Below are positions 28,801 to 40,005 of a stretch of 64,000 nucleotides of DNA, piece by piece (positions within the stretch are counted from its first letter, which is position 1; each line of letters starts with the position of its first letter). The notes below the pieces were generated by a model. That model did not search any database. It was given only the letters and a program-made list of their open reading frames with translations, and was not told where the DNA came from. The position numbers and the translations under genes were made by a program. Source of the stretch: Nemertoderma westbladi (Eukaryota; Animalia; Xenacoelomorpha); contig JAUCBJ010007955.1 of NCBI GenBank assembly GCA_032718475.1, positions 124,001 to 188,000 of the forward strand, given 5' to 3'.

Positions 28801-31800
28801 AACACTGATTTAAAATCTGGTGAGCCAATAACCCAGGTTGTTCAATCTGATAGGCTTCCCACCATCCTAGATGAGCCTCAAATAATTAGGCCTATTATTC
28901 CCAGAGTCTAAGATTGCCATTAAAATTGGAGAGCACAAATCTTTTGGACCTTGTTTGTCCCCCATCGCCTCGATGAGCCATCCGCTCTAAGCCACACCTT
29001 TGGCGATTCCCGCTCCAGCGGCCCCGTTGGATGGAGGAGGGCAACGGGAGATGGGCAAACTCATTCGAGAATTGGCCCAAAACAAGTCCCAGTCCGTTGA
29101 TCAGTTGAGGGATTTGGAAGGTACTGTAAACTCACTAAAGGGAACAGTAAGAGATCATAAAATTGAGTTGCAAGAAGTACAGCAACAGATCGCTCTAGAA
29201 AGTGATAAATTAGTAAACATACAAAAGGGTATACCACCCCCTGTAACTGTATTTAAGCCTCTTAGGTCTGAATCTTATCATGCGCAAGGTATAGAGCCTA
29301 CACGCATATGTACTGCTAGTGAAGTGGAAACTCCTATAGCAAACCATACTATTAGACCAACTTATAATGATATCCCATATGTGTCTGAAAATAATCCTTG
29401 TCTCGAAATATATATTCAGATAATTCTATATTGAATAATACGATGGCTCAGGAGAGGTTTACATGTCAGATGGCTAGAACGGAAGCCTGTCAAGCCGTGA
29501 AGGTGGGAGAGGTCATCAAGTTCAATGGAGATGAGATGAAGTGGCTGCCTTTTAATGAATATTATAAGATAATGATATATTACAAAACTCTGTATTATCA
29601 AACGGTGAAAAGTTACGATTCCTCATCGAGTGCTTGGAAGGTCCTCCCAAATTGATGGCGTTAAAGTTCATCGGACATCCTGACGGATTAAGACAAGTCT
29701 GGGATACACTCAATATCAGGTATGGTAATAGGACTAACATAGCTAGATATTTGTATGCGAAATTAGTAGCACACGCACAGGAAATTCCCTAGCAATGGAA
29801 TCATAGAGTTTTCCGATGAGATTCAGGAGATCTGTAGACAGTTAGACTGGTTAGATAAATCTCACAAGTACCAAAGTTCTATGGTAGTAGGAGCTGTAGC
29901 TGCATCTTTGCCAAAAGGCGGAGTAGGAACTCATTGGGACAAAAAGGTTCTATACTTTGTGGACCAGCATGGGATATACCTAACAATGGCGGAGCTTACT
30001 GCGTTCTTAACAGGAGAGGTAAGATTACAGCTTATTAAACAGTCTAGAGAGAAGACTCCTGAAACTAAGATAAGTGAGAAACCTGTTGCTAGGATTAAGG
30101 TAACTCCTGTATATTACACCGATTATGAGAGTCAAACCTCCTACGACGAAGACAGCGGCCAAATAACTGCCAACATATATTATACTAATAAAGGTAAGGA
30201 CATGGGAAAACCCAAAGTTCGGCCTAAGACCAGCAAGCGAGAACATATCAAAACTCCTCCGATGTCACCCAAAAGGATTCCTGGTAAGAAGTCCGAAGAA
30301 AAAACTCATGTACAGAACACCGTCTAACAAAAGGTAACCAATCTTAAACCTAAGTATGTGTTATGCGAGGGGCTACACTACTTGAGTAAGTGTGAGGAAT
30401 TCCTGAGGAAAGACCTCAAAGACAGGCGTAGTGTAACTTGGGATAAGAGGTTATGTTACTATTGCTTGAGGAAAGGACATCAGAGGAAGACATGTTATTT
30501 CGACGCTAAGTGTGCTAAGTGTGGAGCTAAACACCATTCATTGCTACACAGCGAGTTCGACAAGGTGAGTGAACCAGAACTGCATGTCAAATTCAGTGAC
30601 GTGAATGACACTGACCAGAGTTCGAAGATAGAAGGATTCTATACTGACGCGTTTTCTGATGAGATCGAATCCTGTTATATGATCAACGCTGCCATCTACA
30701 GAGCCCTTACCCATGAGACGACGACCGATGGAGAGGAAATCAAACCATATATTCTGGATAAACACGTCTTGTGGAAGGTCTCCCAACCATCTATCGGCAT
30801 AAGAGAGTCTCCCGTGGTGCAGCTCAGGATACATGGACAAGGTAAAAGTTTAATCATAAATGCCCTCCTTGATTCAGGTAGTACAGGCACCTTTATAGAC
30901 AAGGATTTAGCTGAGGACTTATTTGCCGGACAGGAGAAATTCAGAACCAAACTTAATCTCTCTGGAATTATGCAGGTATGGAACTCTACAGTTCAGACTT
31001 CTATGTGGGATCACTATCTACCCCATAGGATAAATCTGGTAAGGACAGTATAAGGTGTATCAAGGTGGTAGCTATTAAGAACTTTGCCACCATTCCTTTA
31101 GAACCTTATAACTGGGATGAAGACAGCTTTGCCCAACAATATAGAGTCCCCAGATTTAAGACCGACTATCCTGGAGTCCAGATGCTACTTGGCCAAAATG
31201 CACATGATGCGCTAGAGACCCTAGAGAAGAGACCTGCTCAACCGTGACCTCTGCAAACCTACATGGGATGGACCAGAGTAGGTTGGTACTTCATGGGACC
31301 ATCTCAGCGAACCCTGAAGGAAAGAAAGGAAAACCTCTACATAAATCAGGTAAGCGAGAGTGAGGAAAATGTAAATGAGGAAGTAATCTCAGCTGAGGAA
31401 ACTCCATGCTCCTCAGATAACGATGACATTCAGGTATTGTATGATGAAGATAATATGATAGAACCCCTCACCGGAGAATCAAGCCTGGATTAACCAAACC
31501 GAATTATGTCATCTAATACAACAAAACAACAAGTTGTTAGCCTATGAGGACAATGAACTCAATGAGGCGGTGGAGCGATATAATTCTAAACTGAGAGATG
31601 AACATGCATTGCGATTATTTACACAAGAGGCTGTAGAACCTAATTCATATGATCAAACTTCAGCTGTAAAAGAGGAGAGAGCCAAACAAATCCAAGTTAT
31701 GACTACTCGTTATCTAAATGGGGAGGGTCATTACGAGATCAGTTTACCTTTCTGGAAACGAGAACCCATCTTCATCAATAATCAACCATTAACCATTAAA

Positions 31801-34800
31801 AGAATCGAACAACTACAGCGACGCTTATCTTCGAACGATAAAGCTAAGGAAATGTACAAGACACAATTGAAGAAGTTCATTGATAAGGGATACGCGGAGC
31901 GAGTTCTGATAGAAACACCCGTAATGGAGAGAACGTATTATTTAACTCACCACTATGTTCCCAAACCTGGTAACCCCAACGAAGTCCGGGTGGTGTTTGA
32001 CGGCACCGCCTTGTATAAAAGACAGTCCTTGAACTCAGAATTGTTGCCAGGACCCAACTTACTACAATCGCTGTTGGGAATATTATTACGACTCCAGCAG
32101 TACTCCATTGCATTTGCCTCGGACATTGGAGGCATGTTTCAGCAAGTTAAAGCATTGCAACGAGACAGATAGCTTACGGTTCTTGTGGTGGCTGGAAGGA
32201 GACTTCGATAAAGAACAGGTAGAGTACTGGATGATTATCCAGGCCTTTGGCATTATCTCTAGTCCATCTAACGCTTGCTCGGTGGTGCGTACCACTGCTG
32301 ATGAAAATCGAGACGCCTTCCCCAAAGCGGTTATTTATAACATCAAATGAGACATCTATATGGATGACAACCTCAAATCCCTGCCCACAGTGGAAGAAGC
32401 AATCGAGGTTGCCAAGGGAATGGTAGAGTGTCTTCAATGCAGTGGATTCCGGTTAACTAAATTCACCAGCAACTCCAGTGAGTTTCTGGAGGCAATCCCA
32501 GAAGAAGAGCGAGGTGCTAATTAAAGGCGACCTCCCAGAAACGAAAACCCTCAGATTGAAGTGGGATACGGAGAGGGATATTTTATTCTTCTAATTAAAA
32601 CAACGCGATAATCCTGTTCGAACTAAGAAGATTTGCCTTAGTATTCTGAGCACTTATTTCGATCCATTGGGATTTATTAGTCCTGTAATCCTAGTTGCTC
32701 GGAGTTTAGTTCAACAGATGTGGCTCAAAAACCACTCCTGGGATGATCCACTTAAGGGAGAACTGTTAAAGAAGTGGGAAGACTCTTTACCAGCTATTGA
32801 GAAGATTTCCCACTCATATTTCGGTCACGTTCTCCCCACCTATTACTATCAACTCCATGTCTTTGGAGACGCCAGTGATATTGGAATAGATATAGTAGCG
32901 TGAGGTCTAGTGAATTTAGTGAGGGTCTAAATTCCTGAAGGAATTAAAGTTTCATTGGCCGCCTCAAAGGCTTTGATAAATAACAAACTACGGGTCCCTA
33001 GAGTGGAGTTAAAAGCGGCATTATATGCTACCGCCATCGGCAGGAATATTACTGAACAGATAGAATATCCGTTGGATAAAACTGTTTATTGGACAGATGC
33101 ATTACTCGTTCTAGAATATCTTACGAAGTCTGCCAGTTCAGCATCTTTGTCACTAACCGAGTAGCTGTTATACTTAGTCGCACTAATATAGACCAATGGA
33201 GATATTGCCCTGGAACCATTAATCTAGCCGATATAGCCTCCAGAGGAGCTACACTGATTGAACTGATGGATACTCCCAATTGGTTAGGTGGCCCTGACTT
33301 CTTAAGTAAACTGGAGGAGGAATGGCCCCCCCATCTTACTATGGCTGAGATCAGGCAAGCCAATGGAGCAGAAACCATTAAACCAAAAACCCGGATGAGT
33401 AAATCTAAACTGTTCAAACCGGTGATAGATCTGTCAGTACTGTATATGGCTGGTGACTATAATAAGGTAACTAATGAAGAAAGATCCAGAGATCCTAAAC
33501 GAGTCCAAAGTAAGGCAGTTGTTTATATTAGAGAACGAGATTGGAAGACTGGTATACCCGATGTCTCTGAAGGAATCTCTCCATTCACATCTTCCGTAGG
33601 TCGTGGGTTCGATCCTCACATGGGCCAGGGCAGTTTTCGTTTTGGCACGAATGCTTTAAAGGGACCAGCCAGGGCGCATCTCTGCCTTGCATCCTTTAGT
33701 GGTAGCTAAATGAGTACTGGAGTTTCCTCTGGGGAGTAAAGTTCTGGGGGGACCGCACTGGAAATAAGTTGTCAGACTTTGTCGTAATCCCTGGCCTAGT
33801 TGCCGAAGAAAATTTACTTTTACTTTACTTTACTCCTAATATTCAAAGAGCGATGGCGTATTATAGTTCCTGAAATAGGCTTTGTAAAGCCATAACCTAC
33901 TTGAAAAGGTGTTTCCATCATCACTATTCCAAACCAAAGGTAACCAATGATGCCATCCCAGGAGTAGTCGAAGAGGCCAACTCCATTAAACACCTTCCCA
34001 CTTATTGGTTACCAAGTTTCTTGCTAACAAGATCAGTTACCAGGAGCATGATGATACCAACAAGCAACTACTGAGACTTCTACAATGTCATGAGGATCCT
34101 GAGAAGTATTTCCTGTTGTTGAGAAATCCGCAGATACACTTAAGGGATTCATTTTCTAGCATGATGTTTGATGGGCTAATACGTGATGGAGGGAGATTAA
34201 CCAACATACCCCTTTCCTTTGACACTAAGTTTCCCATACTGGTTAGAAATCTTGAGATACAAATCAAGATAATTGTAGACGTACACAGTAGGCTTTATCA
34301 TGCCGGTAGGGAACGAGTTCTTAGCGAAATTAGAACCCACTATTATTTTCATAAGCTGCATAGAGCGCTGAATCAAGTTATTAGGAACTGTATACCATGT
34401 AGGAAAGCATTTAGTAGGCCTTTAACTCAGCAAGAGGCATAATTGCCTAGGGAAAGAGTAGGCTGTTTGAACCTTTACCAATACGGGTGTGGATTTATTT
34501 GGCCCTATTGAAGTGTATCGCGCTAGAACTATAGTCAAGCGATGGTGCATTATATTTGTTTGTATGACTTGTAGAGCGATTCATCTGGATATGGTGAATG
34601 ATTTATCTACCAATAGTTTCATACTCAGTTTCCACCAACAAATCGCTCGTTTTGGGACTAGCAACACTATGCCATCGAATAAAGGTACAAACTTCAGATT
34701 AAAGCTTACGTCAACGACTGGAACCAAAGACAGGTAGACGATCAGCTGAAAGTGACCGCATCCAGCTGGACCTTCAACGCCGCAGATGCGACACTAAATA

Positions 34801-37800
34801 GTGATATTTTCTACAGACTAAGTTACTTATCACTACTAAATTACTTAAGTATTATACGACGATGGGTTGAGATTACACAATCTCTTAATAAACAATAAAC
34901 AAAAGTTACACGAACAATTTTAAGGGTCATTTTACAAGACTGTTACTAACCAGAACTTAGAATTTCTGGTTCTTATGGGGGGTGTACTACGGAATTTTGA
35001 AACTAATAAAGTAGCATTCAATAATTTGCGTTATCCAGATAAGAAAATGCCACCATCTGACAGCTTATAGTCTACACTATAAACAAACATACCCGGAGTG
35101 TCCTATACCTAGAAGTTAATTATCGTAGCCTACGCTAACGGACCTATTAACCACTTTACAACACAAAACCACTGTGTACACACTAAATTAAATTTCAGGA
35201 AAGTGTTGTACTCTAAACCCTAGATTAGATACCAACACTTATACAACATATAACTCCCAGTTAAATATACTTGAACAGCTAAAAGAACCACAGTATCTGC
35301 CGGAGTGACCAGAGTATTTAGTCTTACTTACTTTGATGCTAAAGAATTCACCAGTCAACCTACGCCAAGCAGTCCTGAAGTAGTACTGGGGTTAATTTAA
35401 CTATTACAGTATGTACAACTAGCAGAATTACTGTAGGAATAATCTTAGGGACATGAATGTTGTATACTACTTGCATAAACTCTGAATAATAAGTATTACG
35501 CTACCCTTACAGATTATTTAAATAAAACGCAAGCCAAAACGCTGACAGACTACCGCTACATCTAAAATAAAAGACAGTAGATGAAGTTTCCGAAATTGTT
35601 AGTTAGACATTATTCATTATTCATCATTAATTGTTCCAGACTTCGTGGTACTACTTATTCTTTAGTGGAGGATTTACCTTATAACATGCAAGCCTCCACT
35701 TCCTAACTGCACTTTATCAGACAAATTACCCACAACACTGTAATTCACCTCAAACCCAACGACAATCGGACAACAATTTAGCCTACGAGTTACTTCTACA
35801 ATCTGAGCAGGATTACACACCTTCTGCTCAATACCACACTTACAGATAAATAAAGCTGACAGAAATATGTAAACCATAAAAGAAATAAGGGGTGTGCTGT
35901 ACAGGCCCTAGTCTCTTAAATAGCCTACCAGTATATAAATATGTCACAATCGAATTAATACTGCAATGTGGTACTGGACCGGTACCGCTAGGCCTACAGC
36001 TACCATCTGACCAGTGCGGTGGGTTTTTTCTTGTTCCACCAGAACAATAAAACCAAATAATCAATTACTATTCCACCGGGATAGTAAAATAGCTAATCAA
36101 TTACTGTTCGCACTTTTAGACCTTTAACAGTTTAAACTGCTAATTTATGTGTCTTATGATGTGTGACAGACCGTACAAAAATATGACCACAGCAGAAGCC
36201 AGTCTAGCGCGGCGTATGACCCACTGTGTGTAGGAGACTGAATTCTATGGCCGAGAATGGGGTAGGCTACCTAGTATTATTCGATTGATCTCTACTATAT
36301 AATCTCCAAAAACTTTGCGTACTTTCAGGGCAATACCAACAGTTGCTTTAGATGCTGCGCTTTAAATATCAGACAGAGTTATGACTTATACTAATTACAA
36401 CGGATGGTCAAGAGATGGCACAATGTTTACATTCTTTAGGAATGTATAATTATTCGCTCGCACCCACTTTACTGACAATTGTACTAAAACACGTTAATTT
36501 GCCGACTGTTACTAATTTCACTCATATATAAGGGGATATTTAGCTCACTTATGTTGGGGTTATGAATTAGCATAAATTTCATACAGACCATTGTGATTTG
36601 AGCCAACCAATTGTTACTAATGTTCCCTTCTGCTCTGCTTACCTCAATAATAAAGAAATATTATTAAACAGAATTATCGATTATTCATAAGTATTATCCA
36701 AATATAAGCATCCATTAAATAGGTTACCAAACAACAATGAATAACAGTATAAAAACAGTATAAAAACAGTATAAAATATGCGGTGCCGGCATTCAATCAA
36801 CAGTTAGATATTGGCCGTTTGTGCAAATACTACAAAAAAATGCAGAGTGTGTACCGAGAGGGTATGAGAGTCAGGATGTGTTTACGAGAGGTAATTGATT
36901 GTGCTTGATGGTCTGGCTACTGATGGTTCTGGGCAGAAGTCAGAAAGTATGATTTTGTCGCACTGAGGCATATTCATATGTAAACAAGACCTCAAGAAAA
37001 TGTAAAGTGAAAATTGTGCTGATTGGCCAGGAAATAACACAGCGGATACAGGACAAAGAGAAATACTGGCCAATGGCTGATAATTTCGTCACTACAGCTC
37101 TGTACCAAAATAAACGCTAGAGGGCATAAGTTTTATACGTTCTCTAATCCCTCGAGATAATGCCAGTTTTAGAGTAGTTCGCGTATTGCACAAAAACGAC
37201 ACATTTTGCCGCAAAAGCTTTAACAATAAAGTACAGCAATAATCAGTCAATGAAGATTATATTCAGTTTTAAGTCAAAGTAATTGACTAGGATTGTAGAT
37301 GTTATTAGGCAAAAACAGCACTGCTCTGCATCAGCAAAACACCAAAATGAATTACAGCTAACATTTTCCTGGAAATCATGACGTCATGGCTTGTTACCTT
37401 TCAACTACCAATAAAAAGCTGCCATCCAGCTTTGTTTACCTTTTCATAAAGGGGTTGCGAATTTAGAAAGTGACAAATTATTAAATTTAAATTTAAAATT
37501 AAATTTAATATTTCTATTTTTATTTTATAAATTTGTATTTTACTAGATTTATTACTGCATCATTACAATTCTACCAATCCTATTAACACCAATGTTCTAC
37601 TATGGAATTATGAATTTCTTTTCAAAACATCAAAAGAAAATTGTTGAATCAGGAGGAAGTGCTGCTGTATCAGCTATGAAAAAAGGGAAAAAACTAGCAA
37701 ACACCATCCTCACAGTATATGTTGTCTACTGTTTCCTGGTAACTCCATTATACATTGCTATATTTTCAAATGTAAGTTGTACTTATACTCATACTTATAC

Positions 37801-39821
37801 TCACACTGTAGGCCTACCTAAATTGGTTTAAATGACAATAGCCAATACAGGCAGGAAAGTAAAAATGTTAAAAATCCACGATATAGGTGTTCTGTAACTG
37901 TAATTAATGTAAAATTCCTATGACTAAAAATTACTTAGACATAATTAGTGTGGCGGGTGGCTATGTCACTACTTAGGTACAATTTTGCGAAATTCCGATA
38001 AATAATAATACTTGTGAAAGCAACATTTAAACAATTCAAACATCCTACTTCCTTCTATAAATATTTTGTAGTAGCTATTTCTTATTACTATTTGTGTAGA
38101 AAATGTTCTAGAACCTGTTAGCTATTCATTATTTGAAAAATATGTTCTAGAACAAATAATTTTTGTTATAGACCATTTTTTAGATAAAAATCTGGATTCT
38201 ATTTAAAATCAATTAAAAATATTTTTCACAATTTTTTTTCACAATTTTTATTATTAATTTTAAACACGTTTTAGAACGATTCCATGCGTTTTAAATAGAA
38301 TCAAGATTTTTTTCTAAAAAATGTTCTAGAACAAAAAACATTTGTTCTAGAACATAATTTTTTTTAAATGAAAAGCTAACTTGTTCTGGGACATTTTCTA
38401 TACAAATAATAATAAGAACTAGCTACTACAAAATATTTATAGAAGGAAGTAGGATGTCGGAACCAGTGTTGAAATTACAAGCTAAACCTACCTAAAACAC
38501 TAGCTACCATAAAATTTAGTTTCTAGCTTAACGAGGTGACTTCAATACGTCCATTAACCAAATTGCAGCAAATGAAAATTTACAGAACTCTCCCCATAAA
38601 AAATCTCAATATTGTAAAAAAAAAACTGGCCTCTTTTTTTCAGCCTCTTTAGGTGACCTATAGCAGGCCGTAGTATATAGTAATTCATGGTGTAATTATC
38701 GGAAAAAACGGTATTTATATTATAGAACATTTATTCAAAATTAGCGAAAATAATTTCATCTTGTTTCCCGAGCAATATGCGAAAATTAACAATAAACTCG
38801 ATTTTCAGAATTTCGAACTCAGTTTGATTTTCTAACGATTCTAAAGATTTTCGTTGCGATATTATTTTGATAGAGAATACATATTTGTAGTGAAGAAATT
38901 TTTGTGCATGGAATCCATATTTTGGAGAAAAATCTATATTAAAGTAAAAACATTTCTTCATGTTTTTACCAAAAACGCCACTCGATTCAGGGCACCTTAT
39001 ACAATTGTTTATAGCCCAACAATTTTCTCGCGCACTCACACGTATCACGTATTTTTTTGATTAAATTAATAATAAAAGTTTTCATTGTATGAGCTAGTAG
39101 AATTCCAGTTTAACTACATCAGAACCAATTTGTTTTCCCAAATTCCCTTATTATTTACCTTGTTTTCCATGCAGTTCTACAAAAATATGATGTTGAATTT
39201 ATACGTGTAAATGTTTTTCGGGTTTTTCAGATAATATTACAATACGATCCTATCCCAAGTGAGTTATACATGTTGGTTGCTTCAATGGATCATATGAATT
39301 CAGCTGTAAATGTGTTTATTTATGGAACGAACCCGCAGTTTATGAGAGGATACAAATATGTGTTTAGGAAGATATTTCCATGTTGCAAGTGAGTTGAATT
39401 AATTAATAGTTATCATTAGGCCCCCTACTTATGTAGACGATTCACCACTTGGTAAATCTATTTTATGTTTAAAAATTTATGTAATGTGTTTTTTAATTAG
39501 AGTACCAAAATAACGACGTGAACAAGACAATAGTGTATAGTGTATACTGTATATCCTGGATATAATTATTGTTTATACGATATTATATTGTAATGATAGA
39601 GTTTATTAGAGTGTATTATATTTTTTATAGGCTCTGCATGTATCTTATCAGTTAGAATCAGTAATTAATTATCTGTAGTTGTAGCAGAAGCGTGTCTCGC
39701 AATCTTATACGCACCATGTTAATTTAGTAACGAAAATATTTTTATTTATTACAGATCTATTTCGTGGTTAAAGCAGGAAGACAGTAAAGGTGTAACATTA
39801 ACAACAATGAGCGGAAAGTAG
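7713..39821 (+). CDS. Class A (rhodopsin-family) GPCR, melatonin-receptor-like; exons 7713-7806, 10145-10328, 16434-16621, 18992-19052, 37547-37771, 39231-39388, 39755-39821; N-terminal exon not located
   Basis: All six introns are GT-AG with compatible phases (2,0,2,0,0,2), giving ~325 uninterrupted codons. Motifs: TM1 GIPDN, TM2 NLAVAD, TM3 DRYVCVCHS, TM4 W, ECL2 Cys, TM5 P..Y, TM6 P, TM7 NSAVNVFIY, helix 8 NPQF, CC. Confidence 0.9.
8105..9787. repeat. 51-bp minisatellite (GAGAGGACTGGGAGTGAGGGGGTTGACAACAGTAGCTTCTACACTCCTGGA)n
   Basis: About 30 tandem copies with small indels; produces spurious 17-aa repeat ORFs. Confidence 0.97.
10145..10328 (+). CDS. GPCR exon, TM2 to start of TM3 (ELRHKHNVILANLAVADL...WCEVDACICTITCQ)
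   Basis: ttttcag| ... CAG|gtaatg; NLAxAD motif and TM3 Cys. Confidence 0.92.
12209..12938 (+). mobile_element. Fragment of an RLE-type non-LTR retrotransposon (CRE/R2-like C-terminus)
   Basis: SSGWISSIP...EFRDAL..RY...CDGCG...HGLNCKKGGLVIQRHNELQD...LEP...LRCDV: CCHC knuckle, RHN motif and PD-(D/E)xK-like start; frameshifted. Confidence 0.85.
13176..15250 (+). mobile_element. 5'-truncated RTE-clade LINE with (TAG)n tail
   Basis: RT motifs KASGLD, PKKGD, NYRGI, QNGFR, FVDFKKAFDS, GVLQGDTLAP, DFADD, FQYLG; RLRFSGHCWR C-terminus; in-frame stops; ends CTAGTAGTAGTAGT. Confidence 0.93.
16434..16621 (+). CDS. GPCR exon, TM3 DRY and TM4 (VSLWSVAMISFDRYVCVCHS...TWILPMSIAIPP)
   Basis: ctttag| ... AC|gtgagt; DRY motif. 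Confidence 0.93.
16757..17560 (+). mobile_element. Decayed RTE LINE 3' fragment (same family as 20545-21972)
   Basis: Aligns by eye with ~21076-21920 (ATGTCCTTAGATCATCATAATGATGAT; CCAAGCTTGACACTAGAACAAAGCC). Confidence 0.85.
17772..18437 (-). mobile_element. 3' fragment of a CRE-like RLE non-LTR retrotransposon
   Basis: HGLSC..RHSMLNDIVRRAF..EPLGL..DGKRVDGVTLVPWSRGR..DATVADPLAPSH..FHPVAYETLG..LLQRLAIA..GNAASI; C-rich 3' region follows. Confidence 0.88.
18445..18561 (-). mobile_element. Partial inverted copy of the adjacent SINE body
   Basis: CCAGCAAAGCCAGG...GGGACACAACAGTGCGAAATT is the reverse complement of ~18758-18866. Confidence 0.85.
18670..18927 (+). mobile_element. tRNA(Ser/Leu)-derived SINE with L2/CR1-like tail
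   Basis: A box GTGTCCGAGTGG, B box GGTTCGAATCC, core GTGTCCCTAGGCAAGACACTT, tail AAGCGCTTTGAG...AAAGCGCTATATAAAT followed by (ATT)n. Confidence 0.88.
18992..19052 (+). CDS. GPCR exon, ECL2 (FMRCYVYLGGDQPEKYLTHQ)
   Basis: ttcttgcag| ... CAG|gtgaaa; phases 2 and 0 bridge the flanking exons exactly and supply the ECL2 Cys. Confidence 0.8.
19535..19838. mobile_element. Foldback MITE with modular AACCTTCGCCC / GGGCGAAGGTT subrepeats
   Basis: Left arm ~19545-19625 is the reverse complement of ~19703-19765 plus further modules; AT-rich spacer. Confidence 0.75.
20231..20430. repeat. Diverged fragment of an LTR related to the BEL copy 2 LTRs
   Basis: Starts TGTTCGCGCTTTTAGA and contains CTAGCGCGGCGTATGACCCA, both shared with the LTRs at 22231 and 36105. 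Confidence 0.7.
20545..21972 (+). mobile_element. 5'-truncated RTE-clade LINE with (TAG)n tail
   Basis: PKKGN, QNGFR, FVDFFKAFDS, GVLQGDTLA, DLDFADD, RLRFAGH; ends CCTAGTAGTAG. Confidence 0.9.
22231..23351 (-). repeat. 3' LTR of BEL copy 2
   Basis: Direct repeat of 36105-37225 with scattered mismatches. Confidence 0.95.
23522..25250 (-). pseudogene. Accessory ORF region between pol and the 3' LTR (Cys/His-rich, function unknown)
   Basis: Co-oriented, overlapping or near-adjacent ORFs 24928-25176, 24378-24686, 24253-24495 and 23522-24283; no recognisable env features. Confidence 0.55.
26781..27455 (-). pseudogene. BEL integrase C-terminal half (HSPWWGGSWERL...LNERPL...LTPAHFL...GDMVLI...RPIGRLCLLE)
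   Basis: Direct continuation of the integrase that stops at ~34785 on the + strand. Confidence 0.92.
28168..28446. mobile_element. MITE (PIF/Harbinger-like termini) inserted in BEL gag
   Basis: TIR G(G/C)GCCCATGTGAAGAATACCAG at both ends plus an internal copy at ~28225; flanked by TAG(G). Confidence 0.8.
33596..33834 (+). mobile_element. SINE inserted in BEL pol
   Basis: B box GGTTCGATCC, core GCCTTGCATCCTT...AAATGAGTAC, (TTTAC)n tail; interrupts pol between RNase H and integrase. Confidence 0.78.
36105..37225 (-). repeat. 5' LTR of BEL copy 2
   Basis: TGTTCGCACTTTTAGACC...GCAAAAGCTTTAACA. Confidence 0.95.
37547..37771 (+). CDS. GPCR exon, TM5-ICL3-TM6
   Basis: tactag|IYYCIITILPILLTPMFYYGI...KKLANTILTVYVVYCFLVTPLYIAIFSN|gtaagt. 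Confidence 0.92.
38040..38457. mobile_element. AT-rich foldback MITE
   Basis: ACATCCTACTTCCTTCTATAAATATTTTGTAGTAGCTA... mirrored at ~38420-38457; internal TGTTCTAGAAC modules. Confidence 0.85.
39231..39388 (+). CDS. GPCR exon, TM7 and helix 8
   Basis: tttcag|IILQYDPIPSELYMLVASMDHMNSAVNVFIYGTNPQFMRGYKYVFRKIFPCC|gtgagt. Confidence 0.92.
39755..39821 (+). CDS. GPCR terminal exon (KSISWLKQEDSKGVTLTTMSGK*)
   Basis: ttacag acceptor, phase 2, Ser/Thr-rich tail, TAG stop. Confidence 0.7.
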
Positions 39822-39964
39822 TTTATCAACATAAATATATAATTTCACTAACTTTTCATTACTGTATGCATAATGTCGGTTAGTTACATTCATATGGACA
39901 TATCGGCAGCTTATTTTACAAATCAATCACAATAATGTTATTACCGTATCAAAAATATAATGAA

Positions 39965-40005
<41 letters not shown>

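Larger units (their letters stand above)
27950..34790 (+). pseudogene. BEL gag-pol in inverted orientation: gag with CCHC knuckles, aspartic protease, RT, RNase H, integrase N-half
   Basis: CYYCLRKGH..C..CAKCGAKHHSLLH, ALLDSGS, YYLTHHYV, RVVFDG, YMDD, HVFGDAS, VPRVEL, NLADIASRG, HAG..CIPC, DLFGP, NKGTNF; many stops and frameshifts. Confidence 0.93.
22231..37225 (-). mobile_element. Full-length decayed BEL/Pao LTR retrotransposon copy 2 (~15 kb) inside a GPCR intron
   Basis: Direct-repeat LTRs of ~1.12 kb with T(G)TT...AACA ends; 5-bp TSD ATAAA (22226-22230, 37226-37230); PPT-like TGGGAGCAG on the minus strand beside the left LTR; Pao gag-pol motifs inside. Confidence 0.95.

Noticed and set aside
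36030-36104. Primer-binding site next to the 5' LTR
   Set aside because: Only a short TGGTGGA ~60 bp from the LTR; too weak to call.
39231-39388. Opsin identity for the GPCR
   Set aside because: The position equivalent to rhodopsin K296 (six residues before the NxxxY Asn) is His, not Lys.
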